Shown: one piece after another, positions 12,143 to 25,440 of the stretch
How the letters are laid out: the number at the start of each line of letters is the position of its first letter
Position numbering within the stretch: the stretch's first letter is position 1
Assembly (NCBI RefSeq): GCF_006345805.1
Contig: NC_043001.1
Span: 124,682,001 to 124,746,000, forward strand
Length of the DNA: 64,000 bases
Reading direction: 5' to 3'
From: Octopus sinensis
Lineage: Eukaryota
The notes under the pieces: model-generated
The model's database searches: none
What the model saw: the letters and a program-made list of their open reading frames with translations, nothing else
Told to the model about the DNA's origin: nothing
Made by a program: the position numbers and the translations under genes

Positions 12143-12250
12143 CATTTATACATACATGTATATATTTATATATATACATATTTATACATACATGTATATA
12201 TATTTATATATTACATATTTATACATACATGTAATATATTCTATATATAC

Positions 12251-12291
<41 letters not shown>

Positions 12292-12323
12292 TATATATTA
12301 TATATATATATATATAATATATT

Positions 12324-12472
12324 TAGTGAAGGGTAGAAATGGAGCTGAACGAAGATTCTACAGAATTCCTTATTATTTTCTTAACATGTTTCAAAGGCCG
12401 CAAAACATGTGTAGAAGAAAATAATAAAAGGTTCTGTAGAATCTTCGTTCAGCTCCATTTCTTCCTTCACTA
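12324..12472. repeat. ~150-bp palindrome (arms ~57 bp) in TA-rich sequence
   Basis: TAGTGAAGGGTAGAAATGGAGCTGAACGAAGATTCTACAGAA.. pairs with ..TTCTGTAGAATCTTCGTTCAGCTCCATTTCTTCCTTCACTA. Confidence 0.9.
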
Positions 12473-12618
12473 TATATTAAACTTCAATTATCCGCGCTAA
12501 GGCACGGTTGCGACACCCAGGTCGTAACTTCAACCGTGTTTTTTCTGTGTGATTTTTTGCTACCCAGGATCGGTTTAAATTTTGAATAATCCTTAACAGA
12601 TAATTCATTTATCCATTT

Positions 12619-12660
<42 letters not shown>

Positions 12661-13072
12661 ATATATATTATATATATATATATATATATACATATAATAT
12701 ACATATATTATATACTTATAATATATATACAAATGTATACATAAATATATATATATTATACATATATATAGACACATTTACATATACATATACGTAATTA
12801 TATAGTATATATATATACTAGGCGGTGCTCCAGCATGGCCGCAGTCAAATGACCGAAACAAGTACAAAAAAAAAAAATATATATATATGTATACATACAA
12901 TCGGGTGATTTCTACCAACGAAGTTTGAAAATATTGTTGAATGTTGGGAAGAAGTTGTAAACAACAAGGGTGAATACATTATTGATTAACTAGTTGTTTT
13001 TTTTATTAAAACCTCTTAAAAATATTTACATTTTAAAAAACTAAGGGAACTTTGGTTGCGAACCTAATATTG

Positions 13073-13172
<100 letters not shown>

Positions 13173-13869
13173 CTATATATATACATATATATGAATAAAT
13201 AAATGGAGTTTAACGCAGGTGTGAATGAAATATTTTTACTTTTTGACACATGTTTCTAAAATTCCATGATACTATTCAAAAAATAAATGGTATAAACAAT
13301 GCAATCTACTCTTCAGGAAAGTGAAAAAAACGAAACTCGTCAATAAGACATTTTAGCAAAAATTGATGGATTTGTATAGCCATTAACTGAACGCTATTAA
13401 TATTGTTTAAAAAAACGTTATATGATATAACGTCATAAGTTGCTTACAGAAAGAGTAGGGATATTAATAGTGAATGTTAGATATAATGGAAATTAAAGTT
13501 TAAATTATATATAATGATAGAGACTACTTATATGCACTAAATGTTTGTTTTTGCCAATGTTTACATCTATATGCTCGCTCTATTACCGTGTTTACTAGGG
13601 GATTTTTAGAAAAAATAATGAAAAATAGCTCAGAATTGCAGAGAAGACAGAATTCCTTGCCTTTGTCATAAGGTATCGAGATTGAGAGAATCAACCATTC
13701 TAAATGAAATTGTTCATTGTGGTCTTTTAGATCCCAATTCAGTTTGCCGAGACTGGTACTATTACGTTTATTTCTATCCCTAAATGTTGTGTAATGGATA
13801 GAAATTCTTTTAGATAACTCTAACGATGTGCTTCCAATGTAAAATCGTACTTTATTACGAGTACTGATT

Positions 13870-15254
13870 ATACACTGATATATTTAATCCTAGAGTTACT
13901 TGACATAAATTTAATTCTATTGGAATTGACTTCAGATACAATAACCTTGTTATTAATATTTCTAGAGGGTTGGATGGTATTAGCTAAATTAATGTTAGTA
14001 TTAGTAAATGTATTAATATTTAACAGTTTGTTATTATGTGAAGAGATAATTTGTAAGAGATTTTTTGTGTTTGAAAAACCGATCCTAACCGTATGTGAAT
14101 TGATAATAGAGTAATACTCTCTTTACTCTTTTACTCTTTTACTTGTTTCAGTCATTTGACTGCGGCCATGCTGGAGCACCGCATTTAGTCGAGCAACTCG
14201 ACCCCGGGACTTATTCTTTGTAAGCCCAGTACTTATTCTATCGGCCTCTTTTGCCGAACCGCTAAGTGACGGGGACGTAAACACACCAGCATCGGTTGTC
14301 GAGCAATGATAGGGGGACAAACACACACACACACAAACACACACATATATATATACATATATACGACAGGCTTCTTTCAGTTTCCGTCTACCAAATCCAC
14401 TCACAAGGCATTGGTCGGCCCGGGGCTATAGCAGAAGACACTTGCCCAAGATGCCACGCAGCGGGACTGAACCCGGAACCATGTGGTTGGTTAGCCACTC
14501 CTGCGCCTATGAATTTTTTGGAAAATTCCTAACTATAGCTTGACGAAACAGCAGTGGGAGATTAGATTTAATTTGTCTCCCGTAAGGAATTATTAACCAA
14601 ATATTTTTACTACTAATCATAGCGTAATTATTTTTGAAGGTGTTATATTTACTTTTAGAACGATAATAGGGGATTAAATAAAGGTTATCTGCCTTCATTC
14701 ACTTTGTATCGGTGCGTAAGTTATGTTTGTTATCAATAATTCTTTTACGACTAGAAATCTTATCTACATTATTGAATTTACAATTAGACTGAGTAGAATC
14801 AATGTAGAAAATTTTCTCTGTATAACCTGCTTCAATTAAGGCAGAGTTATAGAATTCAGCGTTATCATTGAAAATATCAACTTTAGCAGATAATTTAGAT
14901 AATCTAAATGAAATATTCTTAACTAAGTTCTTAGTAATTGCTCTAGGATGATTACTAAATTTGCTAATGTACTTAAGATTGGTCAACGGTTTACGATATG
15001 GGAAGTAAGAGTACTGTGTAAATTAAGCGTAATATCTAAAAAGTTGGCCTTCGTCATATCGTCATCAAAAACGATTTTTAAGCCCATTCTACTGAAAAAA
15101 TTAACTAAACTATTCTTAACTTTTTGTACCTTTTGGTTGGAAACACTTTGGAGGTAAAGTAAACAATCATCAGACCTAAACACATCCAGTATACGCTCTT
15201 ATTCTGAAAGGAGGAATGTCCAATAGAAGGGAAGGCAAAGGAAGGAAATCAGTT
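13870..15254 (-). mobile_element. Penelope-like element RT fragment (contains a SINE A at 14116-14507)
   Basis: VFRSDD..NFLDITLNL, YISKFSNHPRAITKNL..ISFRLSKLS..FYNSALIEAGY, SRKRII, IWLIIPY..IVRNFPKN, then after the SINE NSHTVRIGFSNTKNLLQIISSHN. These are Penelope RT/linker motifs. Confidence 0.8.
14116..14507 (-). mobile_element. SINE family A
   Basis: Reverse complement of the family A consensus with a short deletion in the head. Confidence 0.9.
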
Positions 15255-15265
15255 GTATATATATA

Positions 15266-15307
<42 letters not shown>

Positions 15308-15337
15308 TATATTATATAATATATATATATATATATC

Positions 15338-15371
<34 letters not shown>

Positions 15372-15381
15372 ATATATATTA

Positions 15382-16582
15382 TGGCTGCCCCCTCGTTATC
15401 GAGTATGGCCATTGCACGAAGCTTAACTGTTACTGGTGCTGTGATCGAATGTGACTTTTTAGCCCAGCTAAAGATCTACAATATCTTGTACAAAATTGGC
15501 AACTAAGACCTTTACTGGTAATAGCCGGCTGTAGTTGTAACTGGGCTTCATGTACCTTTGCATGTCGTTTAAGTCCTCCTGCCGAATTACACTCTCTTCC
15601 ACATGCCCGATAGATATGATTAGTATGGTGTGTTACACCACCACCAGTGGCCAGGTTGTCACTTATCTGTCTCGTTTTATGACAACGAAGATGACTCATG
15701 AGTCCAGCTTTACTGAGGCAGGGTCTTGAACAGACATTGCATGTCAGAATCAAAGGAAGACCCTTCCCTTCTGGAAGTGTAACAGCGATGCCCTTCCTGA
15801 CATCCCTCCTTACTTTCTCATGTGCAACTCGAGATTTTTCAAACGTGGCGGTCCCCTCATACACAATCCTTCTCCACCTGCTACGATCAATAGCTATGCC
15901 TTCCCATGTGTCAGGAGAGATGCAAGCATCTCTTAAGGAAGCCTTCAGCAAGTCCTTATACCACTTTTTTGGTTTATGTGGAGGTCGTTCTCCTTCAGCT
16001 AACTCTCCATAAAAGAGTTGTTTTGGCATCCTTGAATCCTTCATTCTGACCAGATGACCACTCCATCTGAGCCTTTGCTTTAACACAAGAGCTTCTATAC
16101 TTACACACCGAGAGCCTTCGAGTATTTCAAGATCACTGATGCGGTCCTTCCACTTAATGCTATAGATCCGTCTGAGGCACGTCTGATGGAAACGTTCCAG
16201 ATGTTTAAGGTGATATCGATATGTGACCCACGTCTCGCAGGCATAGAGAAGAGAAGGGAGCACACATGCCTTGTACACCTTTATCTTTGTCTTTCTGCAT
16301 GTCTGGCCGACTCCAGAGGCGCTTTTCTAGCCTTCCGAAAGCAACACTTGCTTTTCTAATTCTATATGGAACTTCATCATCCACATTGCCATATCTATTA
16401 ATAGTGCTTCCCAGATAGACAAACTGATCGACTACGTCAAGTCGTTTACCATTCACATAGATATTTGGTACACTATACTGCATACCAGCGGCACTATACT
16501 GCTTACCAGGGCAGGTTGATACATGACAACAGTTTTCTTGAGATTGACTGTCAATCCTAAGGCAGTGCAAGCATCAGAGAAT
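15382..16582 (-). mobile_element. 5'-truncated RTE-clade LINE with C-terminal C2H2 zinc fingers
   Basis: [38 protein letters not shown], one frameshift near 16290, [49 protein letters not shown], three CxxC..HxxxH-type repeats, stop at 15430, short 3' UTR. Confidence 0.92.
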
Positions 16583-16811
16583 GCGTAATATCTAAAAAGT
16601 TGGCCTTCGTCATATCGTCGTCAAAAACGATTTTTAAGCCCATTCTACTGAAAAAATTAACTAAACTATTCTAAACTTTTTGTACCTTTTGGTTGGAAAC
16701 ATTTTCGAGGTAAAGTAAACAACCATCAGACCTAAACACATCCAGTAGACGCTCTTCTTCTGAAAGGGAGGAATGTCCAATAGAAGGGAAGGCAAAGGAA
16801 GGAAATCGGTT
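16583..16811. repeat. Direct repeat of 15027-15254 (Penelope segment duplicated on both sides of the RTE)
   Basis: Both copies run from GCGTAATATCTAAAAAGTTGGCC to GGAAGGAAATC; about 9 differences counted by eye. Confidence 0.92.
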
Positions 16812-16836
16812 ATATATATATATATATATATATATA

Positions 16837-16917
<81 letters not shown>

Positions 16918-17025
16918 ATACATACATATATATATAGATAGATATATATATATACACATACACACACATACACACACCCATATATTTATACATATATAAA
17001 TATATATATATATATATATATGCAC

Positions 17026-17058
<33 letters not shown>

Positions 17059-17071
17059 TATGTGTGGTGTG

Positions 17072-17102
<31 letters not shown>

Positions 17103-17151
17103 TGCATACATATATATATATATTAAACCTCGCCAAGTTAAATATGTAAAC

Positions 17152-17215
17152 CACCTGAAGAATGACTGTAACTCGAAAATTTTAAGAATTGAACAGCCAT
17201 GAAACGATCGTAGTG
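17152..17215 (+). ncRNA. Minimal type I hammerhead ribozyme motif
   Basis: CAC-CTGAAGA-(stem II ATGACTGT..ACAGCCAT)-GAAAC-GATC-GTA-GTG: canonical core, palindromic stem III ACGATCGT, 3-bp stem I. Confidence 0.7.
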
Positions 17216-17338
17216 TTATATTAATTATCTTTTTAATAATTTTGATATATATTTAAATAATATAAATTAATTAATCTTATGTATTGGCTTAAGTTTTTCA
17301 TTGTATGATTGCCTAATAGTGGTTTTATCTCTAATTTA

Positions 17339-17393
<55 letters not shown>

Positions 17394-17993
17394 TACATAT
17401 ATATATACACATATATGCATATATATTTATACATACAATTTTACGATCTTGTTAAATAGATATCATGCCGGGTACCTGGGTACGCGACATATTGCACAAA
17501 TGTAAATAGGCTAATGTTTCTGCATACTTAAATATTTCATTTCTTTCTATTTCACAATCTTGCATTATTCTACGAAGAATCTGATTCATAACGTCTAATT
17601 ATTCGAATCATCCCTAATTACAACTTGTAGTTGATAAATTCTCAGATTATACCCCAGCTTATGTGTGAAAGCATTGATTTGAGTTACCATACATACATAT
17701 ATACGTAAATATATACATACATACGTATATACATACATATATACATACATATAAATGTATATGAGTGTCCATATGTGCACGATTGCGCAATATGTGTGCA
17801 TATGTGTGTCTGTGAGTCTCTGCGTGTATTCGTATGTATATGCATGTTTATATGTGTATAAAAATATATACATACTTAACCCATACTCAAATTTATTCAC
17901 ACACATAAAATATATATATATACATATCTCTATACATATACGTATAATACAAATATATATATGTAGATACTTGTATACATATGCATATATTTA

Positions 17994-18040
<47 letters not shown>

Positions 18041-18086
18041 ACGCAAATATATGAATGTATATATCTATACATATATTCATTTACGC

Positions 18087-18163
<77 letters not shown>

Positions 18164-18251
18164 GGGGGATTCGCGAAAAATGAAAAGAGGAAGACAGGTG
18201 GTGTAGAAAACAAACAGATGTATTAGTATAACGCTCAGGAATTGAAAAAGT

Positions 18252-18287
18252 CTTTTACGTTTCGAGCCTACGCTCCTCCACCGAAAG
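18252..18287 (-). ncRNA. Degenerate minimal hammerhead-like motif
   Basis: CTTT-CGGTGGAG-GAGC GTAG GCTC-GAAAC-GTA-AAAG: the stems and GAAAC/GUA fit, but the CUGANGA core is not canonical. Confidence 0.4.
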
Positions 18288-18383
18288 GAACACAGAAAGA
18301 AACAATGAGAGAAAAGTATATGAATATATATCTATAACTATATATATAGTATCTCATATGTATATGTAACTGTATATACCTAT

Positions 18384-18441
<58 letters not shown>

Positions 18442-18659
18442 GTGCATATAGATATAGATATATATATATATAATATATATATACATATATATATATTTAC
18501 AAATATATATATATACATATATGCATATATAATAATTGCATATATGTATGCATGTAAATATATGTACATACTTATATATTATGCACATATGTATACAAAT
18601 GCATATATATTTTCATGTGCATATACATATGTATATATATACATGCACATACATATACA

Positions 18660-18723
<64 letters not shown>

Positions 18724-18841
18724 TATATATATATATAGATATATATATATATATATATGTATATACACTTGCACATGTACATATAATTGTTTACATATTC
18801 ATATACATATACATATATATACATATACATATACACACACA

Positions 18842-18925
<84 letters not shown>

Positions 18926-19314
18926 CTATAATTACAGATGCTCGTGTCAATATTTCATAAGTTTGAAACTTTCATCTGAAATATTATTCATGACTAATAA
19001 TTACGCTTTGGAAATTTTACTATTTCATATATAAAATTGTAGAATTTATAATTTATACCCATAAATATCAAAGTAATTAATAATAATTAATCAACCTAAT
19101 TAAAAAATTATCCTCTTCCCATACGTTAATTTCACACCATTTTCCATTTCAGAGCTTTTGTTCATTTAATTTTATGTAGTCACCTAGTTATTAAAAATTT
19201 AATAGCTTTACATTCCTAGTTAAACAGGAACCTAGCAATTAGAATAAAACGGGTGGAATGCATTGTACGAGTGCGTGCGTTTGTGAATACATACATATAT
19301 AGATACGTACATAC

Positions 19315-19389
<75 letters not shown>

Positions 19390-19627
19390 TGTACATATAT
19401 ATGACTTTACGTTCTCGTAGTCCGAGAAAGAAGGCTTAGCAATTTCTTGCCGAACAGATGATAGATATTACACACATCAAATGTAAATGTGATCGTAGGG
19501 TAAAGTAAGGTGAAGTGTTGATCAAGGACATGATACACCTCCGAATCCGTTAGAAATTCCTATCTCACGATGGCCGGTGCAACGCCTAGCTCTGCCACAT
19601 GCCCTCATCACCCACCACCAGATGCAC

Positions 19628-19670
<43 letters not shown>

Positions 19671-19679
19671 TATATAGAC

Positions 19680-20830
19680 ATTCTCGTAGCTGTTAAGAAT
19701 CACCATTATTGTATTAAGAATACCCGGAAGTGTTTGTTCGACTAAGCGCTGCTGGCTTAATTACGCCCGAATTTTGCTTAATAGTTTAGCGCTAAATAGT
19801 TCATTCTGCTGTTTGTATTGGCAGTTTGGATCATTACTGTGACAAACAATAGATACTTAATTAAATACCAATATTAAATGTTTGAACTACCGTGGGTCTT
19901 TACTAGGGTTTAAATTTGAAGTTATGTCATATGCTGAAGAGCATGGTAATTGGGCCGCCGGAAGAAAATTTGATGTTGACGAAAGTAATGTCAGGTTATG
20001 GAGAAGAAATAAAAATGAAATTAGATAGATATCAAAGATAAAGGAGGCAAGAAGTGGGTAAAAAACCAAACATCCTGAGCTTGAAAACATTTTGCTTGAA
20101 TGGGTAGAGGAAAGAAGTGTTGGTGGAATACCATTAATACAGTACATCTGAAGCTAGAGTCAAAACACATTGCTAAAAAGATTAAACTTAATGAGTCAGA
20201 ATTTAAAGCATTACGTGGCTGGGCCAGTAACTTTATGTCAAGGCATAAAGTCGTTCACTAACGGTGGAAGGGTTCGCGCCCCCGACCCGACTTCGATATG
20301 CAAATGGATCGTGTATGCATGGAATGAACTTGATCCCGAGATTATTGAGAAAGGTTTTATCAAATGTTGTGTATCGTCTGCACTTGGATGGTACTCAGGA
20401 TGACGTTGTATAGAAAGATGAAATACATAAAAGTGAATCATCTGATGTTGACTATGAATCAGACGATGACGGAGAGTTACACTATAATGATGCTGACATG
20501 TTTACGGAGGAACAAATGGAACAGTGTTTGATGCTGAAAGTGACGTTGAATTTGAAGGATTTAATAAATGTTTTTGCTTTTGCTTTTGTAACTAATAGTG
20601 ATAAACATGTAAAGGCAATTTACTTAATATTTATTTTTCACTGACGTTATTACTGTTATTTCTTTACTTTCTGCAAACAAAATGCACAAAAATGTTACAC
20701 GTTTGCATTACGTTATAGGACGTTACCTTATACATTTTTACAAACTAAGGACGTTATAAAGACCTCATTGACCCAAGTTAAAGAAGGGGTGCGTATTATA
20801 CACAAGGGCGGAATATACTCGATGATTTAC

Positions 20831-20832
<2 letters not shown>
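19680..20832 (+). mobile_element. pogo-family (POGK-like) DNA transposon, internally deleted
   Basis: FKFEVMSYAEEHGNWAAGRKFDVDESNVRLWRRNK (Brinker-type DBD) and KHPELENILLEWVEER (CENP-B HTH), then a jump to SFTNGG..ICKWIVYAWNELDPEIIEKGFIKCCVSSALDGTQDD. The right terminus ..GAATATACTCGATGATTTACGG is followed by TA. Confidence 0.8.
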
Positions 20833-20911
<79 letters not shown>

Positions 20912-20981
20912 ATATATACATACATACATACGTACATATATATATATACATATACATATATACATACATGTATATATACAT

Positions 20982-21056
20982 ATCACGTGATCACGTGACC
21001 GACCAGACCATCAGATGTTGTTACACACCGCTGGTCACAATGCGTTCGCATTGTTT
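20982..21056 (+). mobile_element. Short TA-embedded repeat, family C (partial)
   Basis: ATCACGTGATCACGTGACCGACCAGACCATCAGATG.. shared with 49633-49750 and 39298-39397. Confidence 0.8.
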
Positions 21057-21604
21057 CTTCGTGTTCGCCACCACAACCTCGCTTAGGCTTAGCAGCCCTT
21101 CCGGTTTGTTTTCACTGTCCTGTTTTTGTCCCCATTTTGACCCTCCACAAGATCTCAAATTTTATTCAATTTGCTATGTGGGAGCAACTGCTTTATCGAA
21201 GGTGCATCTTGTCGAGAATTGCTCGAAATGCGGACAAGAAAAACAGCCGACAACAGATGAAGGGTCGTTCCTTGTGTTGCTTGTCTTGTATTCCATTTGT
21301 TTCTTTCCTTACTTGCAAAACAACCCCTTATTCCCTGTCCACGTACTTCGTATTATTTGTCGTTTATGTTTTGTGACGTCCTGTACCCACATATGGATAA
21401 TATATATATTATTTATTTATAATATTTTGTGATTGAACGCCACGCATCCTTTTCAAAGTAAATTTTATCTTATATACAAATATATACATACACACATGGA
21501 TGTATGTAATTATATACATACATATATGTATGTATACATACATATATATATATATAGATGTACATGCATATATATACGTATATATACAAACATATATGTA
21601 TATA

Positions 21605-21656
<52 letters not shown>

Positions 21657-21664
21657 GATGTATG

Positions 21665-21708
<44 letters not shown>

Positions 21709-21861
21709 ATATATATATAATGTATATATATATATATAATATATATATATATAATATATATATATACATATATATATACATACATACATATATATATATA
21801 TATGATCAATTTGAATTGAAAAATTAAATTCTCTAAATACAAATCCCCCTTTCAAAAAAAG

Positions 21862-21908
<47 letters not shown>

Positions 21909-21919
21909 TATTTACATAA

Positions 21920-22080
21920 GATGCAAGTACATCTGTGTTTGGGGAAAAAAGAACTCCATTTAATTTTTTTAATGTAATGAAAGCATTTTTGGTGGAATTG
22001 TTCTAAAAATTTAAAATGCTTTTCATAATAAGTAGTCTCAACTGTTGGCGAAAAGTGTATAGGTTTTAGTTGCAACATAA
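21920..22080 (-). mobile_element. RTE LINE remnant
   Basis: VETTYYEKHFKFLEQFHQKCFHYIKKIKW matches the ETW..LERFHQ.CL..I..IKW motif. Confidence 0.55.
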
Positions 22081-22494
22081 TTTCAAATCCTTTGATGTTA
22101 TATACTATTTCATAACTTCAAACATTTTGTATTGTGTATGATCTAGAAATTACGCTAGTTTAAATAGATAAAGTTTTTGAAAGTACGTTTATACTCGTGA
22201 GAGCAGTCAACTGGGTGAATAAAATAGCGAGATTGTAATATTTGGATAAGGGAAGCAGTGTCGATTTAGATGCTATTTAGGCTGGATAAAGATAATATAA
22301 TATTAGGCGTCGTAAAATAAGAATTCTTTTTTTTTTTTTTCCTTAGAATATTCGTTTAATATTTTGTGATATTTTGTGTACGTAAATGTTTTAAAATAAA
22401 GTTTAAGAAAATTTTTGTTATAGGTATGAAAACTATTTTACGAAGGACTAACTCCAACGACATCTTTTTTCTGTTTTCACGCGGCTATGAATTG

Positions 22495-22528
<34 letters not shown>

Positions 22529-23332
22529 TATTTCTGAAAGTGTCTATGAAGGTAAAATGTTTGGAAGAGAGACCATATAAGTGTAAGAAAATATTCTTAA
22601 ATAAATGTTTTTGATATTTTATAGTTGATTAGAAAATTGAAGTATGTAGGAGTATAATTCTCATGGGGACAAGTAGAATTAACAGGGCTGTCTGGAAAAT
22701 TGTCAATATTGAATGCAGAATTGGATTTAAAGCTAAAAGCAACCCCTTCCTTTCCCTTTTCAGAGCTTTTTCTCCTATTATTTACTCTTTCTTTCCTTTT
22801 TCACTCGTTTAAGTAACAACATAAAAAAGATATATTTAAAACGTTTGTCATTATAATTTCCTAATTCGAAAGACAGAGTTACAGTAATAGAGAATATTTT
22901 CAATCTCATAACCTTTTTCTCTCTGTGCGTGTGTGTGTGTCTGTTTGTCTTTCTGTCTGTCTGTCAGTGTGTGTGAATCTTTTATGAGGTTTGAAAATAT
23001 TCTTAATTAACATAATTTTATTTTTACCTTTACTTTTAAATGTATACATACAAATATGTGTGTTTATGTATTTATAAACAAGTATTCTCACATTACGACT
23101 ATCTCAGATTACGAGATATCGCGCTTTCGTAAATTGTAAATTTCAGAACACGTTCTGTAATTTCGCCATTACGGAAACTTGCATAAAATTAACAATATAT
23201 AACTTACACTTCCTTCTTAGCCAAAAGATTGTCGCTTTTCCGCATTTTAACCTAATTTCAACTCTAGCTAAAATTTTGAAAAAATATGTATTTATCTATC
23301 AATGTGTGTGTGTGTGTGTGTGTGTACAGACA

Positions 23333-23376
<44 letters not shown>

Positions 23377-23399
23377 TATACATACATGCGCGCGAAGAA

Positions 23400-23730
23400 A
23401 CACACACATACACACACATACATACAAGCATACATACATACATACATGCATGCATGCATACATACATACGTACATACATACATGCATGCATGCATGCATG
23501 CATGCATACATAGATACATACATACATACATACATACATACATACATACATACAAGCATACATACATACAAGCATACATACATACATACATACATACATA
23601 CATACATGCATGCATGCATACATACATACATGCATACATACGTACATGCATGCATGCATGCATGCATACATACATACATACATACATACATACATACATA
23701 CATACATACATACATACATGCATAAATACA
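23400..23730. repeat. (CATA)n/(CATG)n microsatellite
   Basis: Directly visible. Confidence 0.95.
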
Positions 23731-24189
23731 TACACGAACACCTCAGGTTCCGAGAGTATGCCTGAAAAAACTGATCGTAACGCGAAATCCCAAACTTAAC
23801 TTTCTCTTTGGTTTTTATGTTATAAATAGAGAATGCGTTTCGACGGATTTCTTTCTTCCCTTTCTTTTTTTATCGCAAAGCGAAAGCAACAACAAAAACA
23901 AGCAATTGGACCACTTTTGTGCATAAAAATTACAATTATGAACTATACGCAGTAAAATATTTATATGTAAAGGTAAAGTAAAGTTACCTTCTAGAGTCAT
24001 GTAGACTCATAAGGGCCGGTTTTCCGGTTTCATGGCGTATAAAATCGCCTCCTGAACGGTACGCCGGTCTGTCGAAGAATTAGTCATTTTTGCCAGCTGA
24101 GTGGAATAAAAGCATTTGAAGAGAAATATGTTAAAAATAAGGGTTGTAATATTGTAGTGCTAGAAGGCTCTTATCGCAAAAGATGTTGA

Positions 24190-25440
24190 CTACTACACAG
24201 AGTGAGATTGGGAGAAATTTACACCATTATTGTTGAAACTACAACTGTTAGATATTTTCTTTCGAATAATATTATTTTTAGTCCCAATTTAAGTTTAGAG
24301 ATGTTATCAGCTGTGTTAGGCGTTCTGGAGTATAAGAGTAAAGTTATCGAAAATTTAGTGATACTGAACAGTGAAACAGTTGAGATTCTATTGGCCAGAA
24401 AGGGTGTTTTTTTTTCAAATCATTTCATGTGATGTTTTAGCTCTGTTAGTTTTTTTTCTTTTTTTTTTTACAAGAGAATCATTGAGTATTATACCATGCG
24501 ATATTTCGTTTACTACTTTTTCTTCCGTTAATTTTAAATTTGAGGATGAGATGTAAAATATCCTTTTTCGGATTAGAAACTACGCTAGGGTCGGTGGCAT
24601 TATCGGAATGACAACGAGAAATATCTCTGCGAAAAGATCCTTTAAATCCGAAGCCGTTAGTTATTATTGTTATCATTATTGGTATTATTATTATTTGAAT
24701 TGTAATTACTGCTTCGTGTGCTATTGCTAGTATGACTATTAATTATATCTCTAGCATTGCTAGTAATTTTATGTGCAACATTTAATTGGGGCTTACGCTA
24801 ATACTTTCAATTATCTTTCTATTGCTAATAGTTATAGGTCCATGTTTAATTCTGATTTTGTCATTACCATCTTTCATCACACTATCATCATGCTTTTGAG
24901 TTAGCGTTTCTAAGGAATTCAATAAAATTATGTCCATTTATCTTTGCTTGTCTTCTTATTATACTTCTTTGGGGTATCGTTATTTGGAGAATTAGTCCTA
25001 TGTTTAACGTTATTTAAATGTTCCATGTTATAATCTGTCTTCGAGTGTTCACTATTTGAAGATAAAGTGTTATTAGTATTTAGTTCCCTAGGTTTATTTA
25101 TCCTCAGAGTTAGGTTTAAATATTTGATGTCAGATGTACACGTAGGCTATTTTTCTTTGAATCAACTGCACATCTTTTTTAGTGGTCCATTATGATAGTT
25201 GATATTATTTTGGAATATTTTGCCATTAGCTGACAGTTTAAAGATTTTAATGAAAATATTTCTAATTAGATTATTGATAATATATTTAGGAAGATTAGAT
25301 GATTTGTGAATGCAGTGTAGGTGTTTTAAAATTTGTACTATGGGTAGTATAAGCTGATATTAATGACGAGAATTACATCTAGAACAGTTACACTTTTAGT
25401 GATCATTTCCAAAGAATTAAATTAAACTTTTTGAAAACTT
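24190..25440 (-). mobile_element. Highly decayed Penelope-like RT fragment
   Basis: KSSKRNIAWYN (RKRNIIWFNPP motif) and VLDVIL..FTNHL (FLDVTL..SNHP motif) on the minus strand. Confidence 0.5.
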
